From an uncultured Olsenella sp. (GTDB lineage: Bacteria > Actinomycetota > Coriobacteriia > Coriobacteriales > Atopobiaceae): a DNA stretch of 64,000 nucleotides. A program made the position numbers and the translations under genes. Location of the stretch: NCBI GenBank assembly GCA_949291295.1, contig CASEVE010000006.1, forward strand, positions 1,385 through 65,384, in the 5' to 3' direction. The notes beneath the pieces were generated by a model, which did not search any database, was not told where the DNA came from, and was given only the letters and a program-made list of their open reading frames with translations. Positions within the stretch are counted from its first letter, which is position 1. The number at the start of each line of letters is the position of its first letter. Of this stretch, positions 28,634 to 38,951 are shown piece after piece.

Positions 28634-29415
28634 GAGGCAACAACACCCCCAAAGCGCCTCGAGCGGCCCTGAAACGACACAATGGCGCGAAGGAAGTCCC
28701 AGCGGGAGAAGTCTGGCCAAAGCGTGTCGGTCACGTAGAACTCGGTGTAGGCGAGCTGCCAGAGAAGGTAGTTGGAGAGCCTGAGCTCACCCGATGTCCG
28801 GATGAGCAGGTCTGGATCGGGCAGGCCCGCGGTGTAGAGGCGCTCCGCAAGCGCCTCCTCACAGACGTCCTCTGCCGAGAGCTTTCCCTCAAGGGCCTCC
28901 CCCACGAGCTCGCGAGCCGCCCTCACGATCTCGGCGCGCGATCCGTAGTTAACAGCGAGCGCAAAGACCATGCCGCTGTGATCGGCCGTCTCGTCAAGAC
29001 CGCGCTGAAACACCAGGCGCGTCTGCTCCGGAAGAGCCGAGAGGTCGCCAAAGAACCTCAGGCGAACGTTCTCCTGGTGAAAAAGCGGCAGCTCGTTGAC
29101 AAGCGTCGTTGCAAAGAGGTGCATGAGGAGGTCAACCTCGTGCTGGGGCCGACGCCAGTTCTCCGTTGAGAACGCATAGACGGACAAGACGTCGAGCCCC
29201 AGGCGAACGCTCGTGGTAACCGCCTCGCGAAGCGAATCGACACCGGCCACGTGGCCCTGAGAGCGATCCAAGCCGCGCGACTGCGCCCAACGGCCGTTGC
29301 CGTCCATGATGATGGACACATGGCGAGGGATGCGCTCGAGGTCCACGTCGTCGAGCGAAATGTCATCGGGATGGTCCGCGTAGTAGGCGCGGAGCTTTTC
29401 AGGATCAAACTGCAA
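28630..29415 (-). CDS. uppS: Undecaprenyl diphosphate synthase
   Basis: HVSIIMDGNGRWA, YAFSTENWRRP, NYGSRAEI, DPDLLIRTSGELRLSNYLLWQ. Confidence 0.97.
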   Translation of the reverse strand: MQFDPEKLRAYYADHPDDISLDDVDLERIPRHVSIIMDGNGRWAQSRGLDRSQGHVAGVDSLREAVTTSVRLGLDVLSVYAFSTENWRRPQHEVDLLMHLFATTLVNELPLFHQENVRLRFFGDLSALPEQTRLVFQRGLDETADHSGMVFALAVNYGSRAEIVRAARELVGEALEGKLSAEDVCEEALAERLYTAGLPDPDLLIRTSGELRLSNYLLWQLAYTEFYVTDTLWPDFSRWDFLRAIVSFQGRSRRFGGVVAS

Positions 29416-29416
29416 G

Positions 29417-29962
29417 CTAGATCTCCATGACTTCAGCGGTCTTGGCCTTCAGGAGCTCGTCAATCTGGGCGATGTAGGAGTCGGTGAGCTTCTGGATGGC
29501 CTTCTTCTCGCGGGTCTGCTCGTCCTCGGGAAGCTCCTCGTTACGCTCGACCTTGCCGTTGCAGTCACGACGAACGTTGCGGATGGCCACCCGGCCCTCC
29601 TCGGCCATCTGGTTGCACTCCTTGGCAAGCTCGCGACGGCGCTCCTCGGTGGGCTTGGGGAACGGAAGGCGAATGCACACGCCGTCATTAGACGGGGTGA
29701 TTCCAAGGTCAGAGCCCTCAATGGCCTTCTCGATGGCGCGAAGGGCGCTCTTGTCCCAAGGCTCGACAACGAGCATGGAGGCCTCGGGGACCTTGACGCC
29801 AGCAAGCTGCGTGATGGGCGTCGGCTGCCCGTAATAGTCAACCTTGATGGAGTCAAGGATGTGCGGGTTGGCGCGTCCGGTGCGCACGCGCGCAAAGTTG
29901 GCCTTGAGCGCCTCGATGCACTTCTTCATCGACTTGTCTGCGCGATCGGTGTACTCACTCAT
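29417..29962 (-). CDS. frr: Ribosome recycling factor
   Basis: VRTGRANP, VDYYGQPTPI, PTEERRRELAK, AIRNVRR. Confidence 0.98.
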   Translation of the reverse strand: MSEYTDRADKSMKKCIEALKANFARVRTGRANPHILDSIKVDYYGQPTPITQLAGVKVPEASMLVVEPWDKSALRAIEKAIEGSDLGITPSNDGVCIRLPFPKPTEERRRELAKECNQMAEEGRVAIRNVRRDCNGKVERNEELPEDEQTREKKAIQKLTDSYIAQIDELLKAKTAEVMEI

Positions 29963-30687
29963 TACTCGTCCTCCTCAACTACCGTTGTTCCTACGTTGTC
30001 TCCGCTGATGGCGCGCATGAAAACGCCGGGCTGCTTGATGTCAAACACCATGATGGGCATCTTGTTGTCATGGCAGAGCGCCGTAGCGGTGGCGTCCATG
30101 ACCTTGAGGTCGCGACTGAGAACCTCACGATAGGAGATGGTGTCAAAGCGCTGGGCATCGGGGTTCTTCTTGGGGTCAGAGTCGTAGATGCCGTCGACGT
30201 TAGTGGCCTTCATGAGAACCTCGGCGTTGATCTCGCACGCGCGAAGGGCCGCCGCGGTATCGGTCGTGAAGTAGGGGTTGCCGGTACCGGCGGCGTAGAT
30301 GGTGATGCGCCCCTTCTCGAGGTGACGAATCGCACGACGACGAATATAGGGCTCGGCGATCTGGCGCATCTCGATGGCGCTCATGACGCGACAGTCCATA
30401 CCGTTGCGCTCAAAGCAGTCCTGAAGGGAGAGCGAGTTGATGACGGTGGCAAGCATGCCCATGTTGTCGCCCTGTGCGCGGTCCATGCCCGCTGCAGCGC
30501 CAGAGAGGCCACGGAAGATGTTGCCGCCGCCAACGACGATGGCAACCTGAACGCCAGCCTCCCAGACGGGCTTGATCTCCTCTGCAAGACGCTGGGGAAC
30601 CGCAGGGTCGATTCCGTAGGCCTGGTCGCCCATGAGGGCCTCGCCCGAGAGCTTGAGCAGCACGCGGCGATACTTGATGTCAGACAA
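29962..30687 (-). CDS. pyrH: Uridylate kinase
   Basis: [41 protein letters not shown]; TTG start; TGC-TAGAAT at 30741-30749. Confidence 0.97.
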   Translation of the reverse strand: MSDIKYRRVLLKLSGEALMGDQAYGIDPAVPQRLAEEIKPVWEAGVQVAIVVGGGNIFRGLSGAAAGMDRAQGDNMGMLATVINSLSLQDCFERNGMDCRVMSAIEMRQIAEPYIRRRAIRHLEKGRITIYAAGTGNPYFTTDTAAALRACEINAEVLMKATNVDGIYDSDPKKNPDAQRFDTISYREVLSRDLKVMDATATALCHDNKMPIMVFDIKQPGVFMRAISGDNVGTTVVEEDE

Positions 30688-30855
30688 GCCTTCCTCCACT
30701 CCTTCGAGATTTCGCTCACATGGCGCATGTGACTCACGTGATTCTAGCAGAGCTGACAGGCACGGCCCCAAGCACACGGGCGAGCGCCTATGGTTGATAC
30801 ACGAACGGGGCCAGCTGAGTGCCGGCCCCGTGCTCACATCACGATATGAGAGAGA

Positions 30856-31731
30856 CTACTCCGCGTCACCAAAAACGTAGCGGACGAAGCTCATGACCTC
30901 GATCTCGTCGCCGAGGCTCTTGCCAACGTTCTTGGCAAGCTGACCGATGGTCACGGAGCCGTCCTTGACGAACTCCTGCTCGGTGAGGACGCTCTCCTTG
31001 AAGTACTTCTCAAGGCGGCCCTGAGCCATGCGCTCCTGAATAGCCTCGGGCTTGCCAGACTCTGCGGCCTGGGCCTTGTAGATGGCGAGCTCGTGCTCGA
31101 TCACGTCAGCGGGGACGTCCTCGCGACGGGCGGCCACGGGAGCGGCAGCAGCGATCTGCATGGCAACGTCGTGCGCGAAGGTCTTGAACTCGTCAGCAGC
31201 GGCGGTCTCGCCCTTGCCGAGCTTGAAGGTGACGATGTCGGCAAGCTTGCCGCCAAGGTGCACGTAGCTTCCCAGGGCGCCGTCATCGGCGGTGATGCGC
31301 TGGAAGCGGGCAATCTTCATGTTCTCGCCGATGACGTGAATCATCTCGGTGAGCTCGGCGTCAACCGTGGACTCGCCCATGGAGCAAGCCTTAAGGGCCT
31401 CGACGTCGGCGGGGTCGTTCTCGGCAACGGCCTTGGCAAGCTCGAGGGCAAAGCCGGTGAACTTGGGGTTGTTGCCAACGAAGTCGGTCTCGCAGGTGAG
31501 CTCGAGAAGGGCGCCCGTCTTGCCGTCCTCAGAGACGTAGGCGGCGATGGTGCCCTCGTTGGTGTCGCGGCCAGCGCGCTTGACGGCCTTGGCGATGCCC
31601 ATCGTACGAAGGATGTCAACGGCCTTGTCGATGTCGCCGTCGGCCTCGACGAGAGCCTTCTTGCACTCCATCATCGGGGAGTCGGTCATCTCGCGGAGCT
31701 GCTTGACAAGAGCGGCGGTAACCTGAGCCAT
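30856..31731 (-). CDS. tsf: Elongation factor Ts
   Basis: VKQLREMTDSPMMECKKAL, ELTCETDFV, AMQIAA, EQEFVKD. Confidence 0.98.
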   Translation of the reverse strand: MAQVTAALVKQLREMTDSPMMECKKALVEADGDIDKAVDILRTMGIAKAVKRAGRDTNEGTIAAYVSEDGKTGALLELTCETDFVGNNPKFTGFALELAKAVAENDPADVEALKACSMGESTVDAELTEMIHVIGENMKIARFQRITADDGALGSYVHLGGKLADIVTFKLGKGETAAADEFKTFAHDVAMQIAAAAPVAARREDVPADVIEHELAIYKAQAAESGKPEAIQERMAQGRLEKYFKESVLTEQEFVKDGSVTIGQLAKNVGKSLGDEIEVMSFVRYVFGDAE

Positions 31732-31757
31732 GGTGTTCTCCTCTTTCTCGTTACTGA

Positions 31758-32522
31758 CTACTCGGCGTCCTGGGCGGGCTCGGCCTGAGCGGCCTCCGGA
31801 GCCTCGGCGGGAGCGGACATCTCCTCGGCCGTAATCTGCTCCTTGCCGGAACCGGCAAGGATAGCGTCGGCGGCAAGCTCGCACATAAGCGAGACGGAGC
31901 GGATGGCGTCATCGTTGGCGGGGATGCCGTAGTCGATCACGTCGGGATCGGAGTTGGTGTCGAGAAGACCCACGACGGGGATGTGCAGGCGGTTGGCCTC
32001 GCGCACGCCGATCTCCTCGCGCTTGGTGTCAACGACGAAGATGGCCTGCGGCAGGGAGGTCATGGTGCGGGCGCCACCGAGGTTGGCCTGGAGCTTGGCG
32101 AGCTCCTTGCCGAGCACCGCCTGCTCCTTCTTGGGGAGAAGCGACATGCGGCCGTCCTCGACCATGGCCTCGAGCTCCTCCATGCGGTTGATGCGGGTGC
32201 GGATGGTCACGAAGTTGGTGAGCATGCCGCCGAGCCAGCGCTGGTTGATGTAGGGCATGCCGCAGCGCTCGGCCTGCGTGGCGATGGCCTCCTGGGCCTG
32301 CTTCTTGGTGCCCACGAAGAGAACGGTGCCACCCTTGGCAGCGGTCTCCTTGAGGAAGGTGTAGGCGCGGTCGGCGCCGATCATGGTCTGCTTGAGATCA
32401 AGGATGTAGATGCTGTTGCGCTCACCAAAGATGTAGGACTTCATCTTGGGGTTCCAGCGACGGGTCTGGTGACCGTAGTGGCAACCGGCGTCGAGCAGGG
32501 TCTGGATAGTAATCTTAGCCAT
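31758..32522 (-). CDS. rpsB: 30S ribosomal protein S2
   Basis: [47 protein letters not shown]. Confidence 0.99.
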   Translation of the reverse strand: MAKITIQTLLDAGCHYGHQTRRWNPKMKSYIFGERNSIYILDLKQTMIGADRAYTFLKETAAKGGTVLFVGTKKQAQEAIATQAERCGMPYINQRWLGGMLTNFVTIRTRINRMEELEAMVEDGRMSLLPKKEQAVLGKELAKLQANLGGARTMTSLPQAIFVVDTKREEIGVREANRLHIPVVGLLDTNSDPDVIDYGIPANDDAIRSVSLMCELAADAILAGSGKEQITAEEMSAPAEAPEAAQAEPAQDAE

Positions 32523-32640
32523 GGTAACCTCCTGTGGTTGGTCCTCCGCGCGAGGTCATCCCCGATACGCCACTCAAGACCTGGCTAGAAGCCCCGAGCA
32601 CCACGGCGTACGAGTCGTCACGCGTGCGTGATGGTGCCGC
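32523..32640 (-). ncRNA. rpsB 5' leader (S2 autoregulatory element candidate)
   Basis: 5' CACGCACGCG and 3' CGCGCGGAGGACCAACC can close a long stem; position and ends resemble known rpsB leaders. Confidence 0.6.
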
Positions 32641-32681
32641 GCGGGTACGCGACATGCCGTGCTTGTGCACAACGGATTGGT

Positions 32682-32710
32682 AGTATAACGGGCCTGACCT
32701 CGCTTGTCGA
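32682..32710 (-). promoter_or_regulatory. Sigma-A promoter for rpsB-tsf
   Basis: TCGACA-17 nt-TATACT. Confidence 0.75.
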
Positions 32711-32738
32711 GAGAAAACATCGGCTCTCCACCTCAGCG

Positions 32739-33653
32739 CTACGAGCGTGGATGAGCCTGCGAGGCAACGTCTTTCAGGCGCTCGACCGAGAGGTGCGTGT
32801 AGATCTGCGTCGTGGACAGGCTCTCGTGGCCCAGGAGCTCCTGTACGCTCCTTAGGTCTGCTCCCCCGTCAAGCAGCTCCGTCGCAAAGGTGTGGCGCAT
32901 CGCGTGGGGGGTGAGCGAGGGGTCAAGCCCTGCGAGCACCACGAGTCGCTCGAAGCGGATCCTCAGGGCGTCGGCAGACATCCGGTTGCCGCGCGTTGAG
33001 ATGAAAAGCGCCCTTGAGGCCTTGCCGTTCAGAAGGGCCGCCCTGCCCTCGCCCAGATAGCGGCTCACCCACTCGAGGGCCGCTCGATAGACGGGCACCA
33101 CACGCTCCTTCGAGCCCTTGCCGAAGAGACGAACCTGTCCCTGGGCAAGGTCGACGTCGTCGACCGAGAGGGCGGAGACCTCAGAGATTCGCGCCCCCGT
33201 CGCATAGAGGAGCTCGAGAAACGCGCGGTCTCTCAGACCAACGGGGTCGGAAGCGACGCAGCCATCGAGCAGTGTCCGGACCTCCTCGTCGGTCATGACC
33301 TTGGGCAGCGTCCGCAGGACCTTGGGACTCGCGAGAGCCGAGACGTCCTCCTCCGAGCAAACCCCCTCGCGAACGAGCCACTTGAAGAACCCCCTGAGCG
33401 CAGAGAGACGACGGTTGATGGTCTTTGTGGAGTAGCGCGCGCGGGCAAGCTCGCCCAAATACCCCCTCAGCTCACGGTGCGAGGGCGCGAGGGGGTCTAC
33501 GTCAACACGCTCCGCCCATCTCAGGTAGGAGCGCAGATCCGCCCGATAAGAGCGCACGGTGTTCTCGGAGAGGCCGCGAACCTCCGCGAGCCACGCGCAG
33601 AACCTCTCGGCAAGACCTGAGGCGCTACTCCCCTCGCGGGCATCACCTGTCAT
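32739..33653 (-). CDS. xerC: Tyrosine recombinase XerC/XerD
   Basis: RDRAFLELLYATGARISE, GKGSKER, HAMRHTFAT, LLGHESLSTTQIY; follows trmFO as in Firmicutes. XerC vs XerD is not certain. Confidence 0.85.
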   Translation of the reverse strand: MTGDAREGSSASGLAERFCAWLAEVRGLSENTVRSYRADLRSYLRWAERVDVDPLAPSHRELRGYLGELARARYSTKTINRRLSALRGFFKWLVREGVCSEEDVSALASPKVLRTLPKVMTDEEVRTLLDGCVASDPVGLRDRAFLELLYATGARISEVSALSVDDVDLAQGQVRLFGKGSKERVVPVYRAALEWVSRYLGEGRAALLNGKASRALFISTRGNRMSADALRIRFERLVVLAGLDPSLTPHAMRHTFATELLDGGADLRSVQELLGHESLSTTQIYTHLSVERLKDVASQAHPRS

Positions 33654-34983
33654 CGGCGCCCTCGGAAATCTTGAGGTCGGCACGAGACCGAAGATACGCG
33701 TCGAGGTCTGTGCGGGCACGACGCGCGAGCGCGGCGCGCTTTTCTGCCTTGTTTCTTGGCGGGTTGTCAAGAGGGGGAACAAGGCCAAAGTTCACGTGCA
33801 TGGGTTGATACCCCACGGTGTCCGGGTCCGTTGCGTAGGCAACGAGCGAGCCGAGAGCCCCTGTTGCCGGCAGCTCGACGCTCGGAGCCCCCGTGAGATC
33901 GGCATAGGTGTTGAGCGCGGCGAGAAGCCCCGACGCAATGGCCTCGACATAGCCTTCGGTTCCGGTTATCTGCCCTGCAAGGCGAGCCGAGGTCCCGGGA
34001 ATGCGAAACGTTCGGTCAAGGGCGTGCGGCGCGTCCACGAACGAGTTTCTGTGCATGACGCCGTAGCGGAGAAACTCCGCCTCAGATAGGCCGGGAATCA
34101 GCCGGAAGACCCTGCGCTGCTCGGGCCACGTAAGGTTTGTCTGAAAACCGACGAGGTTGTAGGCGGTTCTCGCTGAGTTCTCCGCACGCAGCTGAACGGC
34201 AGCCCAGGGTCGCCTTCCCGTCCTGGGGTCGGTTAGGCCCACGGGCTTGAGCGCACCAAAGCGCAGCGAGTCGTGACCGGTACGAGCAACCTCCTCGAGG
34301 GGCTGACAGGCACAGAAAAGGTCACGCTGCTCAAAGTCACGCGAGATGACGCGCTCGGCAGAGAGCAGCGCCTCCATGAACGCATCGTACTCGTCTTTGC
34401 TCATGGGACAGTTGAGGTAGTCGCCGCCCTCGCCCTCCTGGTATCGGGACTGAGAAAAGATAACCGAGCGGTCCAGCGTGTCGGCGTCGACGATGGGAGC
34501 CGCAGCGTCGAAAAAGCTCATCTTGGTCCCACCCACCGCAGCCGCAAGTGCGTCGAAGAGGTCCTCCGAGCAGAGCGGCCCGGCGGCTATGACGCAGGGC
34601 CCCTCGGGCAGCGAGGAGACGCGCTCGCGGATGAGCTCAATCTCCGGGCACTCCTCAACGAGCCGCGTCACCTCCGCAGAGAAGGCCTCGCGGTCAACCG
34701 CGAGCGCGCCGCCTGCGGGAACCGAGCAGCGCCGCGCGCAGTCAAGAAGGACGCAGCCGAGCGCGTCCAGCTCGCTTTTGAGCAGCCCCGCTGCCGTGTC
34801 GGGCTTTGTTGACTTGAGGGAGTTGGAGCACACGAGCTCGGCAAGGTTGCCGGTGTGGTGGGCAGGAGATGCGCATTGGGGCCGCTGCTCGTACAGACGA
34901 ACCCTAACGCCCCTGCGAGCAAGCTGAAGCGCGCACTCGCTTCCCGCAAGACCGCCTCCCACAACCGTGACAACGTGACCCAT
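33643..34983 (-). CDS. trmFO: Methylenetetrahydrofolate--tRNA-(uracil-54) methyltransferase TrmFO
   Basis: GGGLAGSE, AELVCSNS, YLNCPM, LKPVGL, VGFQTNL, GVMHRNSF, GQITGTEGYVEA. Confidence 0.96.
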   Translation of the reverse strand: MGHVVTVVGGGLAGSECALQLARRGVRVRLYEQRPQCASPAHHTGNLAELVCSNSLKSTKPDTAAGLLKSELDALGCVLLDCARRCSVPAGGALAVDREAFSAEVTRLVEECPEIELIRERVSSLPEGPCVIAAGPLCSEDLFDALAAAVGGTKMSFFDAAAPIVDADTLDRSVIFSQSRYQEGEGGDYLNCPMSKDEYDAFMEALLSAERVISRDFEQRDLFCACQPLEEVARTGHDSLRFGALKPVGLTDPRTGRRPWAAVQLRAENSARTAYNLVGFQTNLTWPEQRRVFRLIPGLSEAEFLRYGVMHRNSFVDAPHALDRTFRIPGTSARLAGQITGTEGYVEAIASGLLAALNTYADLTGAPSVELPATGALGSLVAYATDPDTVGYQPMHVNFGLVPPLDNPPRNKAEKRAALARRARTDLDAYLRSRADLKISEGADDR

Positions 34984-35018
34984 GGCTCTCCCCCTCTCGG
35001 CGCGCGAGCGCCAAACGA

Positions 35019-35924
35019 TCATGTCGTCCCATTGTGCCCCAACAGGCAGCTCTGCGTCGGCGAGTATCTACCATCAGGCAGTCTTTCCACCATACCCCTC
35101 GACTCGAGCTCGGTGAGTGACTTGAGAATGGTGAGGACGCTTTCGCCCAAACGAGCCGCCAGCTCGTCGGGACGCGAGGGAGACGCCATGAGCGCAGACA
35201 TGACCGGTCCCATCTCAGGCCGTCGATCCTGCTGAGAGAACCGTGCAACGCCAAAGTCAAGGGAGATCGCAACCGCCAGCGACTGCTCGTCCGGGATGAC
35301 GCGCGCACCCTCGCAGATGAGCCGATTTGTTCCAGACGAATTGGGAGAGAATATGGACCCGGGAATTGCGTATACGGTCCTGCCCAGCTCCGCGGCCGAG
35401 TCTGCCGTGGACATGGTGCCCGAGCGCTGACCCGCCTCAGTTACGATAAGCACGCGCGAGAGCGCGGCGATGAGCGCGTTTCTCTTGGGAAACGCCCATC
35501 TTCTGGGGCCCGATCCCCAGCGCTCGGCGGAGACCACGGCCCCACCGCGGGCAACGGCGCCCTCGAACACGTCACGCGACGTGGACGGGTAGACCACATC
35601 AGCACCGCACCCCGACACCACGACGGTTCTGCCTCCAGACGAGAGCGTCGCACGGCCCGCGGCATGATCGCAGCCCATCGCTCCGCCGGAGACAACGACG
35701 ACGTTGCACTCACTGGCAACGCGCGCCGCCATTTCGGCTATGGCAAGGCCGTAGGGAGTCGCCCTTCTCGCCCCCACAATGGCAAGCGAGGGACACGCGA
35801 GCACCCGAGGGTCTCCCAGTCCGTAGATGACGTCGGGCGGGGATGACAGGTCCTCAAGGGCATCAGGGTAATCCTTATCCCCTCGCTTGATCTCCCAGCC
35901 GCCCGCAGGCCCCGCAAACGACAT
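35019..35924 (-). CDS. dprA: DNA-processing protein DprA
   Basis: LAIVGARRATPYG, VVSGGAMGCD, FPKRNALIAALS, SGTMSTA, AIPGSIF; C-terminal wHTH-like tail. Confidence 0.94.
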   Translation of the reverse strand: MSFAGPAGGWEIKRGDKDYPDALEDLSSPPDVIYGLGDPRVLACPSLAIVGARRATPYGLAIAEMAARVASECNVVVVSGGAMGCDHAAGRATLSSGGRTVVVSGCGADVVYPSTSRDVFEGAVARGGAVVSAERWGSGPRRWAFPKRNALIAALSRVLIVTEAGQRSGTMSTADSAAELGRTVYAIPGSIFSPNSSGTNRLICEGARVIPDEQSLAVAISLDFGVARFSQQDRRPEMGPVMSALMASPSRPDELAARLGESVLTILKSLTELESRGMVERLPDGRYSPTQSCLLGHNGTT

Positions 35925-35934
35925 TTGCCCCACC

Positions 35935-37425
35935 TCACTCCACGGCGCGCGACCTGAAGCCGAGCGCCTCGACAACGTCATCCTCGCTCACGAGCTCTCG
36001 CTCGTCTAAATCAGCAATGGTTCTGGCCACGCGCGCGACTCGCACTATCGCCCTGCCGCCGAGGGCGAGTCTTTCCGCAAACCCCTCAAAGACCTCCTGT
36101 GCCCTCAGGTCCAAGCGTGCCCGAGAGATGGGGTCTTTGGTCCCCTCCCCCAGATGCGCCTCACGCCAGGAGCCAAACTCCCGGGCCCTTGAGACGTCCT
36201 CCGCCATCTGGCCCGAACCCATCCCGGTCTGTCCCTTGATGACCTTTGACGTCTTTGGGCGAGCCACGTCAACCACGACATCGATGCGATCCATGAGCGG
36301 ACCGCCAATCTTTGCCTGATACGCAGCTATTCGAGAGGCGGAGCACGTGCAGTCGTGCCCCACGTCACCAAGGTGCCCGCAGGGACAGGGGTTTGCCGCG
36401 GCAACCAGCTGGAAGTCACAGGGAAAGGTAAAGGTCCCGTCCACGCGCGAGATGCGCACGACATGGTCCTCGAGCGGCTGTCGCAGCGCCTGGAGGGTGT
36501 TGCTCGCAAACTCCGGAAGCTCGTCCAGAAAGAGCACCCCCTCATGGGCCAGAGAAATCTCACCGGGAAGGACGGGCCTCCCGCCGCCCACGAGCCCTCC
36601 CGTGGATATTGAGTGGTGCGGTGCCCTAAAGGGACGCTCCCCACGCGCTATTGACTCAATGGGCTGGCCTGCCACAGAGTGGACGAGAAGGGCCTCGGCC
36701 CGCTCCGTCTCACTGAGCGGGGGCAAGATGGTGGGAAGTCGTCTCGCGAGCATGGTCTTGCCGGCTCCCGGGGGGCCAACCATGAGAATCCCGTGCCTTC
36801 CCGCGGCGGCGATGATCATGGCGCGCTTGGCGAGCTCCTGGTCAACGACATCATCAAAGTCAAGCCGTGCCGGGGCGTCACCAACACACTCGTCACCCTC
36901 CACCCAAAGGGGCGGAAGCGCAGCCAGACCACCTTTGAGCTGGGAGAGCGAGCAGATTCCCCTGACGTCGTCCGCGCAGCCCAGAACAAGCGGGCTGGCC
37001 GCCGAGGTGACAAGGGTAAGGCCAAGGTCGCGAGCGCGTGCGGCGTAAGCAACGTCTCCTCTCACCGGATTTACCGACCCGTCGAGCCCAAGCTCGCCAA
37101 CAAGCAGATAGTTGCGAGCGAGATCAGGGGGCAGCTGATGCGTGGCAATGAGAATTGCCGCGGCTATGGGCAAATCAAACGCGGTTCCGCTCTTCCGAAT
37201 GCCCGCCGGGGCAAGGTTGACGGTGATGCGCTCCCTCGGAAGGTCAAAATCGCACGACCTCATTGCGCACCTCACACGCGAACGTGCCTCCAGAACAGAG
37301 GAGTCCGGCATGCCCACGATGTCGACGCCGGGGATTCCGCCAGAGACGCTCACCTCAACGGAGACCCGCCTGGTCTCCACCCCATATAGAGAAAGCGTCT
37401 CGACACATGCCACGCACCCCATCAT
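35935..37425 (-). CDS. comM: YifB/ComM family Mg-chelatase-like AAA+ helicase
   Basis: ITVNLAPAGIRKSG, GPPGAGKT, FRAPHHS, GEISLAHEGVLFLDE, NPCPCG, LMDRID. Confidence 0.95.
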   Translation of the reverse strand: MMGCVACVETLSLYGVETRRVSVEVSVSGGIPGVDIVGMPDSSVLEARSRVRCAMRSCDFDLPRERITVNLAPAGIRKSGTAFDLPIAAAILIATHQLPPDLARNYLLVGELGLDGSVNPVRGDVAYAARARDLGLTLVTSAASPLVLGCADDVRGICSLSQLKGGLAALPPLWVEGDECVGDAPARLDFDDVVDQELAKRAMIIAAAGRHGILMVGPPGAGKTMLARRLPTILPPLSETERAEALLVHSVAGQPIESIARGERPFRAPHHSISTGGLVGGGRPVLPGEISLAHEGVLFLDELPEFASNTLQALRQPLEDHVVRISRVDGTFTFPCDFQLVAAANPCPCGHLGDVGHDCTCSASRIAAYQAKIGGPLMDRIDVVVDVARPKTSKVIKGQTGMGSGQMAEDVSRAREFGSWREAHLGEGTKDPISRARLDLRAQEVFEGFAERLALGGRAIVRVARVARTIADLDERELVSEDDVVEALGFRSRAVE

Positions 37426-37913
37426 GCACCCGGCCGATCAAAGGCGTTTCTGATAAACCTGATGTGTGCCCGGTCGAGGCCGGTCACGCTCAGCGCGACG
37501 ACATCGAACCTAATCGACCGCACCTCCGGATTGCAGCGGAGAAACACCTGTGCAAGACGCTCGTAGCGTCTCTGCTTGTCTTCGTCAACGGCATCTTCCG
37601 GAGTCCATCCGGGACAACGCTCTGGATGCTCGCCAAGAGCAAGCCTCGTCTTGACCTCGATGAGAGACACGTTTCCGTCGGGGTCGTAGGCAACGATGTC
37701 GATCTCACCAACATCACATCGCCAGTTTCTATAGAGGATAGTCCAGCCCTTCTCGACCAGCCATGAGGCGACGCGATCCTCGCCCCGCTTTCCGAGCTCG
37801 TGAGAAGAAATCGAACGAATGTCGCCGGGATCGTCGGCAGGTCCTGAAACGGTCGAAGCCAAGGGCTCGCCCTGAGCCCCCATGCCACCAGCACCGTCAA
37901 TCAACTCGCACAT
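37422..37913 (-). CDS. yraN: YraN family (UPF0102) nuclease
   Basis: LGKRGEDRV, RNWRCDVGEIDIV, IEVKTR, RFDVVA; start MCELID with GGGAGG SD. Confidence 0.9.
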   Translation of the reverse strand: MCELIDGAGGMGAQGEPLASTVSGPADDPGDIRSISSHELGKRGEDRVASWLVEKGWTILYRNWRCDVGEIDIVAYDPDGNVSLIEVKTRLALGEHPERCPGWTPEDAVDEDKQRRYERLAQVFLRCNPEVRSIRFDVVALSVTGLDRAHIRFIRNAFDRPGA

Positions 37914-38089
37914 GCAGCCTCCCCTCAAACGTCTTGAAAGCGAGCATGGCAGAGCGCTCTTACACGAACCTTCCTCCCAGCAACACCAAGCTTGCACGAA
38001 GCTTTCCGGCGTGGCGGCGGTTCTTGGCAACCACAAGGTCACACGTGGCGAAGAGGGTGTTCGGTGAAGGGGACACAGATTATAAGGAG

Positions 38090-38881
38090 TTAAAACAGTC
38101 TCATAGTCTCCAAGAAGTTTCCACAAAAGGAGACGCGATGGATGGGCGAAAGGCCAAGGGAGCGAATCGCCTCGATATGCTCGGAAGAGCCATATCCCTT
38201 GCATGAGGCGAGGTGATAGCCGGGATACTCCTCGTCATAGCTCGTCATGAGGGCATCACGCGTGACCTTGGCCACAATAGACGCAGCGGAGATGGCCGCG
38301 ATCTTGGCGTCTCCCTTGACCACGCAGCGCTCGAGGGGATGGGCGTGAACGGGATTTCCGTCAATGAGGACGCAATCGGGGCGCAAGCCCGTGTCATCGA
38401 TTGCCGCGGCCATGGCCATCCTGAGGCAGGTCCCCATTCCAAGCGCGTCGATGGAGGCGGGCTCCACATGGGCGATGCCAATGGCAACCGCAACGTCAGC
38501 TATCTCGGCGGCGAGCGCCTCGCGATGGGAGGGCGTGAGCTTCTTGGAATCATTGAGCCCAAGGATTTGGGGCTCATCGGGAAGGCACACGGCGGCTACG
38601 GTAAGCGGGCCGGCAAGCGCTCCCCTTCCCACCTCGTCAACCCCAACAATGAGGCCCTCACCGCCCAAGGTGCGCTGAAGCTCGTAGAGACGATTGACGC
38701 GCTCGTGCTCCGCCTCGTCCTTTTCGATGCGTCTGCGAGCCGCCGCTACGGCCCGCTGCACCTGCTTGCGAGGGTCTTCCGCGTAGCGCTCTATGAGGGC
38801 GCGTGCCTCGTCGAGCGGGGCGTCAGAGAGAATGGCGACGACCTCTCGGGCGGTCGTGGGACGAAGCGACTCGTCACCCAT
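38090..38881 (-). CDS. rnhB: Ribonuclease HII
   Basis: VGVDEVGRGALAGP, LNDSKKL, LIDGN, KGDAKIAAISAASIVAKVTRD, KGYG; Firmicutes-type N-terminal extension. Confidence 0.96.
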   Translation of the reverse strand: MGDESLRPTTAREVVAILSDAPLDEARALIERYAEDPRKQVQRAVAAARRRIEKDEAEHERVNRLYELQRTLGGEGLIVGVDEVGRGALAGPLTVAAVCLPDEPQILGLNDSKKLTPSHREALAAEIADVAVAIGIAHVEPASIDALGMGTCLRMAMAAAIDDTGLRPDCVLIDGNPVHAHPLERCVVKGDAKIAAISAASIVAKVTRDALMTSYDEEYPGYHLASCKGYGSSEHIEAIRSLGLSPIHRVSFCGNFLETMRLF

Positions 38882-38901
38882 CGATAGTTGTCCCTCCCAT
38901 A

Positions 38902-38929
38902 CAAGAAGGCCGCCCCCGAAGGGGCGGCC
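38902..38929 (-). terminator. Terminator after rplS
   Basis: GGCCGCCCC-TTCG-GGGGCGGCC then TTCTTGT. Confidence 0.75.
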
Positions 38930-38951
38930 CAAAATGCGTGCTGGAAAAGAG

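Noticed and set aside
32739-33653. Tyrosine recombinase as a prophage/ICE integrase
   Set aside because: Xer-type length and motifs in the conserved trmFO-xerC-rpsB context; no att repeats or phage genes. No dif site was recognised in the window.
37914-38089. LexA/SOS box or SigH-type promoter upstream of yraN
   Set aside because: No GAAC-N4-GTTC and no AGGA...GAAT match; only a lone TATAAT.
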